From the IMG/VR virus record IMGVR_UViG_646311923_000010: DNA of 38,756 nucleotides, one strand, 5' to 3'. A model generated the notes under the pieces. That model was not told the DNA's origin and searched no databases. It saw only the letters and a program-made list of their open reading frames with translations. Position 1 is the first letter of the stretch. Each line of letters starts with the position of its first letter. A program made the position numbers and the translations under genes. Positions 36,324 through 38,756 of this stretch are shown one piece after another. The DNA comes from a virus (Duplodnaviria; Heunggongvirae; Uroviricota; Caudoviricetes).

Positions 36324-37907
36324 ATGGCAAGTAAAGCTAACCTTGTTAATTTGGATGCGATGATTTCAAGAGAGGATTTCTCTGCTCAATCCGATAATGA
36401 TTTATCTTTCGAATCTATACAAAATATAGCTATGAGAGATATCGAAATGTTGTCTGGCCTACTCAGAAAACCAGATTTTCAGAGAGAAACAAATCACTGG
36501 ACTCCAGAGCAAGTAGTTTCATTACTAAAGAGTTTTGTCACAGGTGATTTAATACCATCCGTGATTTTATGGAAGAGTTCTTTTCTGTTTGTTATAGACG
36601 GTGGTCATAGACTTAGTGTTTTAAGAGCATGGAAAGAAAATGACTATGGTGATGGCACTATATCGCAAAAATTCTTTGGAAATAGTATTTCCGGAGAGCA
36701 AAGAAAGATCGCACAAAAAACAAGAGAATTGGTTGACTCCACAGTTGGTAAATGGTCTGAGATAGAAAGAAAAATGCAGGATTCTAATAATGACCATGAT
36801 GAGAGTAGAAGGCTTACAAATATTTACGTAAGGGCTTTGCAAGTCCAGTGGGTTAAAGGTGATTCCGATAAGGCAGAAACGTCTTTTTTCAATATAAATA
36901 AAAAAGGTACTCCTTTAGATGAGGTTGAGGAAACTTTACTTAGGCATAGGAAGAAACCTATATCTATCGCTGCGAGAGCAATAATACGTGCAGGAAAAGG
37001 ACATAGATACTGGTCCTCTTTCCCTGAGGATAAGACTAAAAAGATAGAAGAGCTTTCCTCAAATATAAACTCCTCTCTTTTCGATCCAGACGTTAAATCT
37101 CAAATTAAAACACTTGATCTACCTCTGGGTGGCTCACGCGGTGTGAGGTTAGCTCTTGATATCTTAATAGATCTTATGTCTATTTCCGTGTCCCAAAACG
37201 AAAATTATCAAAAAGAATTGCTTAATCAAATCGAAGATTCAGATGGAAGCGAAACTGTTGTTGTTCTGGAAAAAACCGCAAAATTACTAAATTGGATTAC
37301 TGGAAATGACAAGGGCAGCTTAGGATTACATCCGGCCGTGTATTTTTATAGTGCATCAGGCAGACATGTGAATCCTATGTTTTTAGGGACGACTCTGTTT
37401 ATAGCGAAAAAATTAAAATTTAATGATAAGAACTTCTTCAAAAAATTCACAAGTATTAGGTTTAATTTAGAGAAAACTCTAATAAACAATAAGTCTATGC
37501 TAGCATCGTTAGTGAACAGAGCAGGACATAAGAAAAGAACTGAGTATTACTCTAATTTATTTGAGTCAATGATTGATTTCCTTCTTGAGGTAAAAAAGAA
37601 AGACAAAAGCATGAGTGATTTCAGCCTTACAGAAAGTGAAATACTCCAGCTTGCTCACTTTGAAGGTAATATCCTATCTGGGACAAGTATCAGCAATGCA
37701 ACTAAAATTAGTGAGGAAGCGAAGAATGCTGTATTCATTGATACTGCATTAGCTTCAGCAATTACATGTCCTATCTGCCAGGGATATTTAGATCCTTCAA
37801 AATCTGTCTCATATGATCACATCAAAAGAGTTGCAGATGGTGGTAAAGGTTTGGCAAAAAATACTCAGTTAACTCACCCGTATTGCAATATGTCTGTCAA
37901 AAATTAG
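36324..37907 (+). CDS. DUF262 (ParB-like, DGxHR motif) + C-terminal HNH nuclease protein; GmrSD/BrxU-like candidate defence nuclease
   Basis: 527-aa AT-rich ORF; N-terminal PDFQRETNHWTPEQV...FVIDGGHRLSVL matches the DUF262 signature; C-terminal CPICQGY...YDHIKRVADGGKG...NTQLTHPYCN is HNH/His-Me-finger-like; flanked by AT-rich non-coding DNA. Confidence 0.7.
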   Translation: MASKANLVNLDAMISREDFSAQSDNDLSFESIQNIAMRDIEMLSGLLRKPDFQRETNHWTPEQVVSLLKSFVTGDLIPSVILWKSSFLFVIDGGHRLSVLRAWKENDYGDGTISQKFFGNSISGEQRKIAQKTRELVDSTVGKWSEIERKMQDSNNDHDESRRLTNIYVRALQVQWVKGDSDKAETSFFNINKKGTPLDEVEETLLRHRKKPISIAARAIIRAGKGHRYWSSFPEDKTKKIEELSSNINSSLFDPDVKSQIKTLDLPLGGSRGVRLALDILIDLMSISVSQNENYQKELLNQIEDSDGSETVVVLEKTAKLLNWITGNDKGSLGLHPAVYFYSASGRHVNPMFLGTTLFIAKKLKFNDKNFFKKFTSIRFNLEKTLINNKSMLASLVNRAGHKKRTEYYSNLFESMIDFLLEVKKKDKSMSDFSLTESEILQLAHFEGNILSGTSISNATKISEEAKNAVFIDTALASAITCPICQGYLDPSKSVSYDHIKRVADGGKGLAKNTQLTHPYCNMSVKN

Positions 37908-37937
37908 CAATGAGTTAACAATTTTATATCAGATAAC

Positions 37938-37963
37938 AGCCTTCTATAATTGAAGGCTTTTCG
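37938..37963 (+). terminator. Rho-independent terminator downstream of the DUF262-HNH gene
   Basis: AGCCTTC-tataatt-GAAGGCT hairpin followed by TTTCG. Confidence 0.6.
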
Positions 37964-38164
37964 TATGATGCTTTCTTCAATAGAAATGTTGAGTATGATG
38001 GAAGATCTCTAATAGTGAATGGTTCGGTTAGGCCAGATACCTACCACTCTACACAAAACTTTGTGTCCGATCCTCGCTCACAGCAGTCGCTCCCAAGGGT
38101 TTCAGTTGGAGTCTGAGCTAGTACAACTTAGAATAGCGGCAGCACCACGTTAAGGGAGGTCGCT

Positions 38165-38425
38165 ATGTTCCGTTGTCCGCTTTGTGGCGCATCTGCCCGT
38201 ATCCGCACCAGTCGTCCGGAAAATGATTCAAACACCGTGCGGCAAAAGTATTACCAGTGTAACAATCTGGAATGCGGCGTATGCTTCTCAACACTGGAAG
38301 CTTTCCATAAATTCACATCAAAACACGCCTCCGGCGTTCACTCTTCAGAAGGTATCCCGTGGCATGAGCTGCCAGCTTCACACAGGGGAAACAATCAGAT
38401 GAGCTTGCCTTTACCTCAGAATTAA
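38165..38425 (+). CDS. ogr: Late transcription activator, Ogr/Delta zinc-finger family
   Basis: 86-aa ORF; MFRCPLCG...CNNLEC four-cysteine arrangement aligns with recalled P2 Ogr; AGGGAGG RBS. Confidence 0.85.
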   Translation: MFRCPLCGASARIRTSRPENDSNTVRQKYYQCNNLECGVCFSTLEAFHKFTSKHASGVHSSEGIPWHELPASHRGNNQMSLPLPQN

Positions 38426-38615
38426 CAGGCAGAATTGCCGGAGTAACAAAAAAGAGATAGATTACGCGCGGGTGCCTTTCGGCTGATGGTCGGAGGGAAT
38501 ACCCGAAGGCCAGATGTGGAAAGGCCCCGGAAAACATTTCTGTTTAACCGAGGCCCTAACCGCATTACCTTGACAAGTGAAAGGTTAGCGCCTCTCCGGA
38601 AAAGGAGCAAGTGCT

Positions 38616-38756
38616 ATGTCGCAAAAATCGCTTACGGCCATCACGTTCTGCGTGACGGCAATCCTCATCATCTGGATGTTGCACGGTTCGCTGTGCGAAA
38701 TACGGATGAGCTTCTGGGGAGCGGAGTTTGCGGCGTTCTTACAGTGTAAGCAGTAA
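38616..38756 (+). CDS. hok: Hok/Gef-family type I toxin peptide
   Basis: 46-aa ORF MSQKSLTAITFCVTAILIIWMLHGSLCEIRMSFWGAEFAAFLQCKQ; N-terminal TM helix and conserved SLCEIR motif; an overlapping upstream frame (38486..38749) is mok-like. Confidence 0.7.
   Translation: MSQKSLTAITFCVTAILIIWMLHGSLCEIRMSFWGAEFAAFLQCKQ

Larger units (their letters stand above)
1041..38756. mobile_element. P2-family prophage (integrase to ogr, plus cargo); boundaries not resolved, right end may lie beyond the window
   Basis: Collinear set of P2-like genes (int, C, cox-like, A, Q, P, O, N, M, L, X, R, S, V, W, J, I, H, FI, FII, E, T, U, D, ogr) recognised from protein sequence; inserted immediately upstream of the btuC start. 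Confidence 0.85.

Noticed and set aside
38184-38402. 72-aa ORF overlapping ogr in another frame
   Set aside because: Fully overlaps the well-supported Ogr zinc-finger ORF; no independent start signals.
1-38756. CRISPR arrays, rRNA or tRNA genes
   Set aside because: No regularly spaced direct repeats with unique spacers and no cloverleaf-like or rRNA-like sequence seen; the only tandem array (1341-1505) is coding.

Overview
This window holds the 5' flank of a chromosome (a complete btuC on the minus strand, 1..981) followed by a nearly complete P2-family (Peduovirus-like) prophage running from about 1041 to the window end. All calls are from reading the sequence and recalled protein families; no database search was run. 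The prophage shows the usual P2 prophage order: int and C repressor, cox-like gene, early genes, replication initiator A, cos-proximal region, Q/P, O-N-M-L-X, lysis cassette, R-S, V-W-J-I-H, tail-fibre assembly, sheath/tube/tape-measure/U, D and ogr. Several things depart from canonical P2 and are the main items to follow up: (1) an AT-rich 527-aa DUF262(ParB-like)+HNH nuclease gene inserted between D and ogr, a candidate anti-phage nuclease; (2) a ParM/ParR-like actin-type partition cassette plus an Ea22-like gene and phased TGCACAA iterons in the A-Q (tin/old) hotspot; (3) two cargo genes translationally coupled to int, one a zinc-ribbon protein and one a coiled-coil membrane-anchored protein with 33-bp tandem repeats; (4) a Gin/Pin-family invertase with a ~3.3-kb invertible tail-fibre segment and identifiable 26-bp crossover sites; (5) the FI-FII-E-T-U block lies on the opposite strand to D and the other late operons, i.e. 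inverted relative to P2; (6) an antisense membrane-protein gene and a structured intergenic region with an orphan intrinsic terminator inside the early operon; (7) a hok/mok-type toxin locus at the right edge. attL, attR and cos could not be pinned down by eye.
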